Shown: positions 9,960-20,036, counted from the first letter of the stretch. The stretch: 64,000 bases of DNA from Candidatus Calescibacterium sp. (GCA_032249135.1 JAVVGL010000010.1:33-64032); one strand, 5' to 3'. The notes: generated by a model not told the origin, from the letters alone. A program made the numbers and translations.

Positions 9960-11180
9960 TTACAACGATAAAATTAAGCTTTTTATCTTTTGAGAAAAAG
10001 ATTCAAAAGAAAAGTATTCTTGAAATCTCCGAAATTGCTTTCTTACTACTTCAAAGTAAAAATCAGCATCTTGCAAAAGTTTTTCAGCATAAAAAACAAA
10101 ATCTTGAATAATTTCTTCTTCGCTCCCACTCTTTATTACAATTCCCGTATCTCCGACCGTTTCTCCTAATGCTCCCACATCGTGCGCAATAATTGGAACC
10201 CCCGATGCCATAGCTTCAATACAAACAAGAGAGCTCGTTTCAAAAACATAAGGAACCAAAAGAACATCAATACTCTCATATATGTCTTGAATATTTGATT
10301 TAAAGCCAGCAAAGACAACAGAATCGGAAAGTCCAAGTCTCTGAACAACCTTTCTTAATTTTGCTCCATATCTTTTATCTTCGTCCCCAAAAAAAACTAA
10401 TTTTAAATCTTTCAATCTTTGTTTCAGATGATAGAAAACTTTAACTGCAAATATCTGATTTTTCTTTGGAGATATCTTACCAATAACTCCTATTATTTTC
10501 TCTTTTCCTTTCTCTCTTTCACTTATCTTACCAGAAATTTTTCTTTGGAAAACTTCCACCAAAATCTTCTCTCTTTCAGGAGAAGGCGAATTATATATTA
10601 CAGAAATTTTTTCATCGTTTATTTTCTTGTTCGGGAATAAGTTTTTCGCTACAAAATTTGAAACGCATACTAACTTTGAAGACAAAGCATAAGCAATATC
10701 AAAAATTTTTTTTGTCGGAAAAAACAAATTGACATCCCCATAAACTTCGTGAATATGCCATATATGTTTCTTTCGCAAAATAGCAGATGAGAATGCTCCG
10801 CAAGGATTTACAACAGAGTTAGACCAAATCAGATCTCCTCCGAACCTTTTGATAAATCTGCTTAAAGCTAAAACAGAAAAAGGTATGAGTAAAGAAGATA
10901 AAAAAAGAAAAAGATAAGGATTTGCAGAAAGAATATAAGATAAGCTCCCAAGCTCAGAGTAAAACTGGACTCGTGGTGCAACCCACCAGCTCATAGGAAT
11001 AACCTTAAAATCAACCACACCTTCAAGCCGTCTTGCAAGCTCACCATACTTTGGTAAAACAACAACTAACCCTTCTACCTTCCCCTCTCTCACAAGATCT
11101 TTCAGGACTAATGATAAATTGTAAAGTATATGTTCAGCTCCGTGAAATCCGGATGCATGAGAAACCAAAACAAATCTCAT
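9960..11180 (-). CDS. glycosyltransferase family 4
   Basis: GAEH at the N-terminus, WHIHE, GKISPKKNQ and ETSSLVCIEAMASGVP (EX7E). Confidence 0.9.
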   Translation of the reverse strand: MRFVLVSHASGFHGAEHILYNLSLVLKDLVREGKVEGLVVVLPKYGELARRLEGVVDFKVIPMSWWVAPRVQFYSELGSLSYILSANPYLFLFLSSLLIPFSVLALSRFIKRFGGDLIWSNSVVNPCGAFSSAILRKKHIWHIHEVYGDVNLFFPTKKIFDIAYALSSKLVCVSNFVAKNLFPNKKINDEKISVIYNSPSPEREKILVEVFQRKISGKISEREKGKEKIIGVIGKISPKKNQIFAVKVFYHLKQRLKDLKLVFFGDEDKRYGAKLRKVVQRLGLSDSVVFAGFKSNIQDIYESIDVLLVPYVFETSSLVCIEAMASGVPIIAHDVGALGETVGDTGIVIKSGSEEEIIQDFVFYAEKLLQDADFYFEVVRKQFRRFQEYFSFESFSQKIKSLILSL

Positions 11181-11246
11181 TTTCGTTCGAATAAAAAAAT
11201 TTTAAAAAATACTATTTTGGGACAACTTAAAATTAAATATTATAAA

Positions 11247-11516
11247 ATGAGCCAAAATTTATCAGAAAACATAGCAAATAACCTGAAAGCAGATGTATTT
11301 TTGGACCTAAAAGGAACGCCCTGCCCTCTCAACTATGTTAAAACAAAACTAAAAATGGAAGAAATGGAAGTAGGACAAATAATTGAGGTAATATTAGACG
11401 ATGGAGAACCAATAAGAAATGTTCCCCTATCTCTAAAACAAGACGGACAAGAAGTTTTACTCCAAGAGAAAATAGACAGCAATCACTGGCGGGTTCTTAT
11501 AAGAAAAGTTAAGTAA
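11247..11516 (+). CDS. TusA/SirA family sulfur carrier
   Basis: LDLKGTPCPLNYVKTKL motif. Start moved to ATG 11247 to avoid overlap with the divergent gene. Confidence 0.9.
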   Translation: MSQNLSENIANNLKADVFLDLKGTPCPLNYVKTKLKMEEMEVGQIIEVILDDGEPIRNVPLSLKQDGQEVLLQEKIDSNHWRVLIRKVK

Positions 11517-11547
11517 GCGACTAATGTGGCGAAATAATTAGTAGGAT

Positions 11548-12786
11548 CTAAGCGAATATCCTTGCTGCTTTTTTCAGAATATCAGAAAAGAACATTATTT
11601 CTTCTTCGGTGTTATAAAGATAAAAAGAAATTCTGACAGCATTTTGCATCTTGAGTCTTGCCATCAAAGGTTGTGCACAATGATGACCTGACCTTACTGC
11701 TATACCAAATCTGTCTAAAAACTCCGCTACATCATGGGGATGAGCTCCCTCAACATTAAAAGATATTACTCCGACAAATTTTTCATTTCTTGAGGGATCT
11801 ACATATAACTTCACATTCTTTATTTTTTCAAGTTCTGAATATGCAAGTTTGAGTAAATTGTGTTCGTATAAAGGCAAGTCATCTACGTATTGAGATAGGT
11901 ATTCTATTGCTTTCCCAAGCCCTATCCCCCCAGCAATATTCGGAGTTCCAGCCTCAAATTTGAATGGCAACTCATTCCATTCAGCTCCCTCAAGTGTTAC
12001 CCGAGAAATCATATCTCCTCCATACATGAAGGGTTCCATTTTTGAAAGAAGTTCCTCTTTACCCCAAAGAAAACCCGTTCCAGATGGTCCAAGCATTTTA
12101 TGACCAGAAGCAAAAAGAAAATCACACCCTAAATCCTGAACATTTATTCTTCTATGTGGTAAGAGCTGAGCAGCATCTACTATAACTTTCACATCAGCGT
12201 TTTTCTTTTTTATCTCGCCTACTATTTTTTTTATATCCGGAGTAAATCCAAGGACATTTGACGCTCCTGTCAAAGTCACAATTTTTGTTTTCTCATCTAC
12301 AAGATCTATAAGCTGATCTTCTTTTAATGTTCCGTCATCATTTATATCTACATAAATGAGTTCTGCTTTTTTATACTTTGCAACAAATTGCCAAGGAACA
12401 AGATTTGAGTGATGCTCCATTATTGTGGTTATTATTTTATCCCCCTCATTGATAAGGTGAAGTCCAAGTGAATATGCCAGAAGATTTGAAGCTTCTGTTG
12501 CATTTTTTGTGAAAATTATCTCTCTCCAAGATTTCGCTCCTATAAATTCTGCTACCTTTTTGTGAGCAAGAATATATTTTTCAGTGGCTTCATAAGAGAG
12601 AGTATGAACCGCCCTATGAACATTTGCAGGAAAAAGTTCATTATATTCATTCACTGCTTCTATTACCTGTTTGGGTTTTAGCGATGTTGCGGCACTATCA
12701 AAGTAAATCAACGGATAACCATTTATTTTTCTTTCCAAAGCTGGAAAATCCTCTCTTATCTTTTTTATTTTATCTTTGTCAAGCAT
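11548..12786 (-). CDS. sufS: SufS family cysteine desulfurase
   Basis: YFDSAATSLKP, MEHHSN, SGHKMLGPSG (PLP Lys), FEAGTP and VRSGHHCAQPL. Confidence 0.95.
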   Translation of the reverse strand: MLDKDKIKKIREDFPALERKINGYPLIYFDSAATSLKPKQVIEAVNEYNELFPANVHRAVHTLSYEATEKYILAHKKVAEFIGAKSWREIIFTKNATEASNLLAYSLGLHLINEGDKIITTIMEHHSNLVPWQFVAKYKKAELIYVDINDDGTLKEDQLIDLVDEKTKIVTLTGASNVLGFTPDIKKIVGEIKKKNADVKVIVDAAQLLPHRRINVQDLGCDFLFASGHKMLGPSGTGFLWGKEELLSKMEPFMYGGDMISRVTLEGAEWNELPFKFEAGTPNIAGGIGLGKAIEYLSQYVDDLPLYEHNLLKLAYSELEKIKNVKLYVDPSRNEKFVGVISFNVEGAHPHDVAEFLDRFGIAVRSGHHCAQPLMARLKMQNAVRISFYLYNTEEEIMFFSDILKKAARIFA

Positions 12787-12915
12787 ATCTTGTAAATCTG
12801 AATTTGTTAATCTTTTAATTTTATTGATTTTCAGATTGAATTAATCTTTCCTCAAAAATCAAGAAAATTATTCTTGTTTGGAATTTTCAATATTACCCAT
12901 TTGAAACTTTCAATA

Positions 12916-13251
12916 TTATTCAAGTATCACAAAGATATCTCCATCTTCGCTTATTTCTGTTTTGAATTTTTTTATTGGCGCAGGAGCAGGCATAGATAGA
13001 TTTTTACCAGTTTCAAGATCAAATTCGGCTCCGTGCCACATACATATAATCTTTCCTCCATCAAGCTCGTAATTTTCTGAAATTGGCATCTCCTGATGAG
13101 AACACCTATCCTCAAAAACATATATTTTCCCATCTTTCTTTACAACCAAAAACGATATACCTTCAACCTCAATCCCTATAGCTTGGTTTTCCGGGACATC
13201 TTTTTCATTTGCTACCTTTATCTTTTTTACCTCTTTGAGCTCACCAGGCAT
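12916..13251 (-). CDS. Rieske [2Fe-2S] ferredoxin
   Basis: CSH...CMWHG ligands and FDLETG. Confidence 0.92.
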   Translation of the reverse strand: MPGELKEVKKIKVANEKDVPENQAIGIEVEGISFLVVKKDGKIYVFEDRCSHQEMPISENYELDGGKIICMWHGAEFDLETGKNLSMPAPAPIKKFKTEISEDGDIFVILE

Positions 13252-13262
13252 GTCATATAAAA

Positions 13263-14651
13263 CTACATTTGCAATATAGCTTTTGAGAGTTTTTCAAAAT
13301 CTTTCGCTGTGTGGGAAAATGAAATAAACCAAGCCTCAAATGGAGACGGTGGAATAAGAACTCCATTTTTTAGTAAAACCCTGAAAAATCTCCTGAACAT
13401 ATCCAAATCTGAATTTTTAACTTCCTCAAAGTTTTTTGGAACCTTGCTACGGAAGAAAACCGAAATCATTCCGGTCTCCATAACAATTGACACGGGAATT
13501 CCTTTTTTTGAAAATCCTTCTTTAAGAACCAAAAAGAGCTCAAAGGTTTTTTTTCTTAGGTTTTTGTAGAATCCTTCATGGCTTGAAATAGTTTTTAATG
13601 TAGCTATTCCTGAGGAAAGAGATAATGGATTTCCAGAAAGGGTTCCTGATTGATATACTTTTCCAGCTGGAGCTAAAATTTCCATAATCTCCCTCCTCCC
13701 ACCAAATACACCTATTGGTAAACCTCCACCTATGACTTTACCAAAAGTTACCATATCCGGTTCTGGAACATCAAAACTAATTTCTCTCTGACCATCCTCA
13801 TCATATATAATTAATTCAATTTTCTTTTTTGAACAAACTCCTCCCCAAGATACCCTGAAGCCAGTAACAACTTCATCATAAATGAGAATTGCGGAATGAC
13901 TTTTACATAGAGAGTGAAGTTTTTTTATGAATCTTTCCTCTGGTGGAACTATTCCCATGTTTGCTGGTATTACCTCTAAAATCACCCCTGCAATTTCATA
14001 TTTTTTGAAAGTTTCTTCAAGAATCTCATCGGGTGAGTTGAAAGGTAAAGTTATTGTGCAAGATGTGAATTCTGGAGGGACTCCGGATGATGATGGTATG
14101 CTGAAAGTCGCGAGACCAGATCCAGCCTGAGTCAGGAACTGGTCTGCATGTCCATGAAAACAACCGGAAAATTTTATTATGAATTTTTTTTCGGTAAAAC
14201 CTCGCGCAACTCTTACCGCGCTCATACAAGCCTCCGTTCCTGAATTTGTAGCTCTGAAAATGAAACCTGGAATTGAGCTTGATAAAATTTTTGCAAATTC
14301 AATCTCTTTTTTGTGGCAAAGTCCAAACGAAAATCCGTTTTCCATAGCTCTTCTCAATTCTTGTTTTACAGTACTATAAGCGTGTCCTAAAATTATTGCA
14401 CCCCAAGACATTATAAAATCCGATAGTTTTATACCATCTTCTGTTATGATTTCAGAACCCTTCGCTTTCTTCACAAAAACAGGGGGAGTTTGAACTTGCG
14501 AAAAAGACCTAACAGGAGAATTTACTCCCGACGGTATAAAATTTTTTGCCTCTTCAAAAAGAACTTTACTTTGATCAAATTCAACTTGTATCTCATCACT
14601 ACTTGTTCTTTTTGATTTTATTCTTTCATTTTTTTTCTCTTTTCTTTTCAT
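13263..14651 (-). CDS. hemL: glutamate-1-semialdehyde 2,1-aminomutase
   Basis: GVNSPVRSF, SWGAIILGH, NSGTEA, DEVVTGFR, FGKVIGGGLPIG, YQSGTLSGNP and PSPFEAWF. Confidence 0.95.
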   Translation of the reverse strand: MKRKEKKNERIKSKRTSSDEIQVEFDQSKVLFEEAKNFIPSGVNSPVRSFSQVQTPPVFVKKAKGSEIITEDGIKLSDFIMSWGAIILGHAYSTVKQELRRAMENGFSFGLCHKKEIEFAKILSSSIPGFIFRATNSGTEACMSAVRVARGFTEKKFIIKFSGCFHGHADQFLTQAGSGLATFSIPSSSGVPPEFTSCTITLPFNSPDEILEETFKKYEIAGVILEVIPANMGIVPPEERFIKKLHSLCKSHSAILIYDEVVTGFRVSWGGVCSKKKIELIIYDEDGQREISFDVPEPDMVTFGKVIGGGLPIGVFGGRREIMEILAPAGKVYQSGTLSGNPLSLSSGIATLKTISSHEGFYKNLRKKTFELFLVLKEGFSKKGIPVSIVMETGMISVFFRSKVPKNFEEVKNSDLDMFRRFFRVLLKNGVLIPPSPFEAWFISFSHTAKDFEKLSKAILQM

Positions 14652-14660
14652 TTTGGATTG

Positions 14661-14735
14661 TGGTGCGCCCGGTGGGATTTGAACCCACGACCTTTGGGTC
14701 CGGAGCCCAATGTTCTTCCTCTGAACTACGGGCGC
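14661..14735 (-). tRNA. tRNA-Arg(CCG)
   Basis: Minus strand GCGCCCG...CGGGCGC-ACCA acceptor stem, anticodon arm TTGGG-CTCCGGA-CCCAA, and T-loop GGTTCAAATCC. Confidence 0.96.
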
Positions 14736-14809
14736 AAAAAAAAAAAAAAAATCAATTGTCTATTTTTTTAGATATTTAGGGGAACACATAAATATTTATT
14801 TTTTATTCT

Positions 14810-15301
14810 TTAAGATTTAATTCTCAAAAACAAAGTAATTATTCCGGCAATAGTAGTTGCCCACAAAGTTATATATACCCCCAAAATCCAATAAAGGTTT
14901 CTTCTTTGCTCTTTTTTCAAATCATTTATCTCATTCTCTACTTTCTCTACCCTTTTTTCTAATCTTCGGATTTCTTCTTTTACGAATTGCTCTAATCTCT
15001 GAATATCTTCTTTTGTGGATTTTTCCAGCCCTCTTACGATCTCCTCTAATCTCTGAATATCCTCTTTTGTAGATTTTTCTGCTCTTTGAATATCCTCTTT
15101 TGTGGATTTTTCTATTCTTTGAAGTTCTTCTTTTACAAATTCTTCTAACTTTCTTACAATTTCTTCTAACCTCATAATATCTTCTTTTGTAGCGACTTCT
15201 TTCTTTTTGAGTTCTATGTACTCAATAAGGAGTTTTGCCTCTTGCTCCCCTATCTTCCCTTTTAAAGCCTCATAAACCTCTATTTGGAACACTTCCCTCA
15301 T
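14810..15301 (-). CDS. coiled-coil protein with 11-aa TKEDI-type repeats and a C-terminal TM helix (DUF1640-like)
   Basis: YEALK..GEQEAKLLIEYIE, ATKEDI, repeated KS-TKEDIQR units and a hydrophobic C-terminus. Start at ATG 15301. Confidence 0.7.
   Translation of the reverse strand: MREVFQIEVYEALKGKIGEQEAKLLIEYIELKKKEVATKEDIMRLEEIVRKLEEFVKEELQRIEKSTKEDIQRAEKSTKEDIQRLEEIVRGLEKSTKEDIQRLEQFVKEEIRRLEKRVEKVENEINDLKKEQRRNLYWILGVYITLWATTIAGIITLFLRIKS
14960..15195 (-). repeat. imperfect 33-bp coding tandem repeats
   Basis: gaatatc(c/t)tcttttgt(g/a)gattttt recurs on the + strand at 33- and 54-nt spacing. Boundaries are approximate. Confidence 0.8.
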
Positions 15302-15425
15302 ATATGGAAAGTTAATAAATCCAAAAATTAAATTCAAAAAAATTTAGAGATTTTTTCAGGAGTTCAACCTATACCCTTTCAAAAAATTTCATAAAAATTA
15401 GATTTTCAGTATAATAGAAAATATT

Positions 15426-16733
15426 ATGGAAGGCTTGAGATATGAAACTCAAATTCAGGACAAAAAAATACAAGGAATATTAGGAAAGCTCAAAAAAGAT
15501 GCGAAAGAAAAACTCAAACGCAAAAGCAAAGATGCATTCTTCAAAGAAGTCTTTTACGAAACCCAGAATGAAATAAACATAGTATATGAGAATTTCAAAT
15601 TCAAGGATGTTTCAAGAAAAATAATAAGCGGATTCTCAGTAAGAGAAGTAAAACCGGGCCCCGACTCTTTTTACGCAGAATCAAAATTGATTTTCCCAAA
15701 CTATGACATAGAAATTCCAACTGAAAAAATAATAAAACTCATAAAAAAGAAATCTGAAATCTTCAAAGACTGCAAAAGCTTCAAACTCACATTTAAAGGA
15801 ACAAGAAGATTGAAATTCGTAGAAAATACTCTTGGAAACTCTGCATTTGATGACTCTGTAAAACTTTATTTGGTAGTTCAGGTTGTGTATGAGAAAAACG
15901 GAAAAATCGGAACAGCAAGAGAATCTATTTCAGGAGAAAAACTTGATGACTTTGAAAAATTAGATGAAATCTTTGATGAAATAGTAAAGAGAGCCAAAAG
16001 ACAAACCGAAGAGGGTAAAAGTGTATCAGGAAAAATGCCGGTTGTCATATTATCGTCAGCAGGAGGAGTTTTTGTGCATGAGTGCATAGGACACGCCGTT
16101 GAAGCAGATCACATAGCAAAAAACCTATCTGTTTTCAAAGGAAAACTCGGAGAAAAAATAGGTTCAGATATCGTAAATATTGTAGATGATCCTACATATC
16201 CGCACCAGCGGGGAACTCACAGAGTAGATGACGAAGGAACTCCAGCAAAAAGGAATGTAATAGTGGAAAATGGAATCCTTAAAAATTACATCGTAGATCT
16301 AAAATACTCTTTTATTCTTGGCATTCCACCTACCTCATCAGGAAAGAGAGAAAGTTACGAAGTTCCTCCAATACCAAGAATGACAAACACAATTATTTTG
16401 CCCGGGGAAAGCCCGCCAGACCAAATAATAAGGGAATGCTGGAAAGGGATTTTGATAAAAAAACTTGACGGAGGAGAAGTGGATACAGCAACGGGAGATT
16501 TCGTCTTTGGAATAGAAGAAGGATATGAAATTGAGATGGGGAAAATAGGAGAGATGATAAAAAAGGGAGTTATTATGGGAAAAGCAGATGAATCCCTGAA
16601 AAGAATAGTGAAGCTCGGGAACGATCTTGGATTTTCTCCCGGAACATGCGGAAAAGACGGACAATGGGTACCAGTATCAGACGCACAACCTACAACACTT
16701 TTTGAAGAACTCCTCGTCGGAACACCAGAATAG
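15426..16733 (+). CDS. tldD: TldD/PmbA family metalloprotease, TldD type
   Basis: VFVHECIGHAVEAD, DDEGTP, PIPRMTNT, GGEVD and CGKDGQWVPVSDAQPT. Confidence 0.92.
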   Translation: MEGLRYETQIQDKKIQGILGKLKKDAKEKLKRKSKDAFFKEVFYETQNEINIVYENFKFKDVSRKIISGFSVREVKPGPDSFYAESKLIFPNYDIEIPTEKIIKLIKKKSEIFKDCKSFKLTFKGTRRLKFVENTLGNSAFDDSVKLYLVVQVVYEKNGKIGTARESISGEKLDDFEKLDEIFDEIVKRAKRQTEEGKSVSGKMPVVILSSAGGVFVHECIGHAVEADHIAKNLSVFKGKLGEKIGSDIVNIVDDPTYPHQRGTHRVDDEGTPAKRNVIVENGILKNYIVDLKYSFILGIPPTSSGKRESYEVPPIPRMTNTIILPGESPPDQIIRECWKGILIKKLDGGEVDTATGDFVFGIEEGYEIEMGKIGEMIKKGVIMGKADESLKRIVKLGNDLGFSPGTCGKDGQWVPVSDAQPTTLFEELLVGTPE

Positions 16734-16761
16734 TAAAATATTTTATGTAAAAGAATTAAGT

Positions 16762-17259
16762 ATGAAAATTGATAAAGAAGCAGCAAAAAAGATTTTAGAA
16801 ATTATTGCAACCGCTGATGGAGGATGTAGTTTTTGTGTAAGAGAACTTTTCTTAAAATTCATAGAAGAATTTCCTGAATTCGCGTACCTTGCAAGAAAAA
16901 TTTACGCGGAATTATTTCAGGAGGAACTTGTAGGGGAAAAAACAGCAAAAGAAATTATAAAAAGTGTGGTAAAAAAGGTTTTGGGAAATTACAATTTGCA
17001 ACTGGAAAAAATCATACTCTTTGGTTCAAGGGCAAGAAAAAAACAAAGAGAAGATAGTGACTGGGATATCCTAATAGTAGTAAAGCAAGATCTGAATATC
17101 CAAACTAAAAGGAAAATATTTAAAGAGATTATAGAACTACTCTCGTATTATCTTATTCCTTGCGATGTAATAATAAAGTCCAGCAAAGAGATTGAGATGT
17201 ATAAAGATTTTTATGGAACTACTACTTATGAAGCACTCAAAGAGGGGATAATACTGTGA
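16762..17259 (+). CDS. minimal nucleotidyltransferase (MNT antitoxin) with an extra N-terminal CxxC domain
   Basis: LFGSRAR...DSDWDILIV motif preceded by about 55 aa containing ADGGCSFC. Start at ATG 16762. Confidence 0.85.
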   Translation: MKIDKEAAKKILEIIATADGGCSFCVRELFLKFIEEFPEFAYLARKIYAELFQEELVGEKTAKEIIKSVVKKVLGNYNLQLEKIILFGSRARKKQREDSDWDILIVVKQDLNIQTKRKIFKEIIELLSYYLIPCDVIIKSSKEIEMYKDFYGTTTYEALKEGIIL

Positions 17260-17684
17260 ACAAAAAAGTTAAATACTGGCTTGTTAAAGCCTTTGAAGAT
17301 TATAAGACTGTAAAAATATTGCTTAAATCTCCCAAAGAAGAGTTACCCACGAGCGCAATATGTTTTCACAGCCAACAATTCATAGAAAAACTTCTCAAAG
17401 CGTTTCTTACATTCCACAATATCCCATTTCCTAAAACTCATATACTTGAAATTCTAAAGCAAAAATGTGTTGAAATAGATGATTCATTCCAAGACATAGA
17501 TTTTAAAAATCTTTCTCAATATGCAGTAGAAATAAGGTATCCAGATGAGTTTTATTTACCAGATGTTGAAGAGGCAATAGAAAGTGTTAAAATAGCCGAA
17601 CAAGTAAAAAATATTATTTTAGAGAAAATTGGCTTAAAAGAAGAAGATATTATAAAGCTATTTGATGAAATAAAAGAAAAATAA
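17256..17684 (+). CDS. HEPN domain protein, partner of the MNT
   Basis: WLVKAFED, CFHSQQFIEKLLKAFL, FPKTH and YAVEIRYP. 4-nt GTGA overlap with the MNT gene. Confidence 0.9.
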   Translation: MNKKVKYWLVKAFEDYKTVKILLKSPKEELPTSAICFHSQQFIEKLLKAFLTFHNIPFPKTHILEILKQKCVEIDDSFQDIDFKNLSQYAVEIRYPDEFYLPDVEEAIESVKIAEQVKNIILEKIGLKEEDIIKLFDEIKEK

Positions 17685-17719
17685 AATAAAGAAAAATGAA
17701 ATAAAAAACTTGAAACTAC

Positions 17720-18706
17720 ATGCAACTACAAATAACAGTCGGAATGCCTGTTTATAATGAGAGAAAATACATAACCGAAACCCTTAACTCTCTCTTATCT
17801 CAAACGTATGAAAACTTTAAAGTTGTGATTTCAGATAATAACTCACAAGATGGGACATATGAAATTTTGCAGCAATATGCCACAAAAGACAAAAGAATAA
17901 AGCTTTTCAGACAACCAAAAAATATAGGAGGTCTAAAAAATTTCAAATTTGTGTTAGAACAAGCCCAAACCCCATATTTTATATGGCTCGCAGGACACGA
18001 CATTTGGCACCCGCAACTCCTCGAAAAACTCCTCAAAGCATTTGAAGAATCAAAAGACGAAAATATAATTTTAACTTTCCCAAAATTTCAAATAATAGGA
18101 ACCAAAATTTCCTACGGCTATGAAGGAACAGAAAAATTAGACGACCCAATACAAAGATATATTTTCGGATTCAATATCATATGTGACATCATTTATGGTT
18201 TATGGAAGACTGATATTTTGAAGAAGCTGAGAATAAGAGAAATTTTTGCTCCCGATAGATTTTTACTCTTGCAAGCAAGTCTTGTAGGAAAATTCAAAAG
18301 CGTAGATGAAGTTTTATTTTTCAGAAGAGATACAGGAGGAGCTTTGCCTTTGCAAGATGCAATAGCTTACAAAATCAGAACAGTTGAGGGAAAAGAAAAG
18401 CTTTCAAAAATAATTTCAAATAAAAAAATAAAGTATATGGTTTATCCGGTGTTTTTGATGCGTGAAGGTATCAATACTTTAAAAGAGTACCTCCTTTTCA
18501 TAAAAGACACAGAAAAATTCGGAGTAAATTTATCTTTACAGCAAAAAATCTACCTTTCTTTTCAAACTATCTTTTCAATATTTGAGAGGTTTATCAAAAT
18601 TCAGTACTTTTCACTTAAAGGTAAAATAAATCTCCAATTTCTTGTTCAGGAAAATTTAGAAAGAATAAAAGAAGTCAAAAAGAAAATAGAGAAAATGGAG
18701 AAATGA
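17720..18706 (+). CDS. glycosyltransferase family 2
   Basis: VGMPVYNE, ISDNNSQDGT, NIGGLKNF and WLAGHD. Confidence 0.9.
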   Translation: MQLQITVGMPVYNERKYITETLNSLLSQTYENFKVVISDNNSQDGTYEILQQYATKDKRIKLFRQPKNIGGLKNFKFVLEQAQTPYFIWLAGHDIWHPQLLEKLLKAFEESKDENIILTFPKFQIIGTKISYGYEGTEKLDDPIQRYIFGFNIICDIIYGLWKTDILKKLRIREIFAPDRFLLLQASLVGKFKSVDEVLFFRRDTGGALPLQDAIAYKIRTVEGKEKLSKIISNKKIKYMVYPVFLMREGINTLKEYLLFIKDTEKFGVNLSLQQKIYLSFQTIFSIFERFIKIQYFSLKGKINLQFLVQENLERIKEVKKKIEKMEK

Positions 18707-18728
18707 ATTTAGTCAGAAATGAATTCAA

Positions 18729-20036
18729 TTAAAAACTTTTTGTTTTTTTCTTGATCTCAAATATACTCACGAGAAAAATGAGAGAATATATGAAAGCTGT
18801 TGCGAAGCTGTAAAACAAAATAGCAAGTTCCGATTCCAAATTCAATTTATGTGGAACATAAAAGCATAAAAATATAAAAATCATGCGAACTGTATCCAAT
18901 AAAAATAGTAAGTGCTGTTTTTCAAGGACAATAAATATGGGTAATAGAGGGAAAATGCAAAAATGAGAAAATACTGCTGGTATAAGTAAGAAAGCAATTC
19001 CCCCTGCTCTACCCCACTCTTTTGAACCAAAAATAAACTCAAATGTAAATGGACCTAAAACTCCGATCACCACCGGAATCCAGCTCAATCTCAGAAGTTT
19101 TCTGAAAAAACTCATAAACAAAAATATCAATTCTTTTGGCTTTTCATTTTTTGTAAAGGAGGCTTCTGACCAGAAAACCTGAAAAGTAGCTTGTCCCACT
19201 ATAATTGTTGGAAGGTTAATAATTTTATCAGCTAAAAAATAGTGTCCCGCAACTGCTGAATTAAAGTATGCTGTGAGTAAAAAAGGTACAGCTTGGAATA
19301 TAAATACGCTGATGAAACTTTGTCCTACCGAAGGGATTGAAAGCCTAAAATATTTTTTCGCATAGAAGATAGCGTATCTTAAACTTAAATCTTTCAAAAC
19401 TTCTCTGTCTTTTTTTATGTAAGATAAAGTAAGTATGAGAGAACCTAAAAACAAGGATAATATATTGCCTAATATAAGAGCCTCGATACCAAATCCAAAA
19501 ATTGCCAGACCACAGGAAATTGCAAATAAAGATATGCTTTGGAAAAATTTTGCTTTTGTGATATCTAAAAAATATTTTTTTCTTGTAGCCCATGCAATTG
19601 CAACTTGGTATAAGCTAAATGAGAAAACATAAAAAGGAGAAAACCATTTATATTCACGCAAATTAGCAATTTCTGAGTTCTTAAAAATTTGTATAGACAA
19701 ATTGAAAATTGGCACAACCAAAAATGCTGAGACAAAAACTATCAACAAAACACAAAAAAACAAAATATTTATCGCTTCCGAATCAGTTTTAGCACTTGGT
19801 ATAAACCAATCATACCTTAGCGTAGATAAAACGAAAAGTAATGTACCAAAAAAAGCGAAAGATGCAAAAACCCCAAATCCATCAGGCGGATATATCCTTG
19901 TTAAAATAAGGTAAGTCAGACCGTTTGCAATAAGCTCTGCCAAAACACCAGAAGCAACAAGAGAAATATCGCGACCAGTTCTATCTTGAAACTGAAAAAG
20001 AAAGAATTTTTTCAATTTATCAAAGACTTTTACCAT
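18729..20036 (-). CDS. Wzx-like polysaccharide flippase
   Basis: About 12 TM helices with LTRIYPPDGFG, STLRYD and AGHYFLA, located among glycosyltransferases. Confidence 0.85.
   Translation of the reverse strand: MVKVFDKLKKFFLFQFQDRTGRDISLVASGVLAELIANGLTYLILTRIYPPDGFGVFASFAFFGTLLFVLSTLRYDWFIPSAKTDSEAINILFFCVLLIVFVSAFLVVPIFNLSIQIFKNSEIANLREYKWFSPFYVFSFSLYQVAIAWATRKKYFLDITKAKFFQSISLFAISCGLAIFGFGIEALILGNILSLFLGSLILTLSYIKKDREVLKDLSLRYAIFYAKKYFRLSIPSVGQSFISVFIFQAVPFLLTAYFNSAVAGHYFLADKIINLPTIIVGQATFQVFWSEASFTKNEKPKELIFLFMSFFRKLLRLSWIPVVIGVLGPFTFEFIFGSKEWGRAGGIAFLLIPAVFSHFCIFPLLPIFIVLEKQHLLFLLDTVRMIFIFLCFYVPHKLNLESELAILFYSFATAFIYSLIFLVSIFEIKKKTKSF

Noticed and set aside
16627-16761. Longer start for the MNT gene
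   Set aside because: It overlaps the conserved tldD C-terminus by more than 100 nt; ATG 16762 is more plausible.
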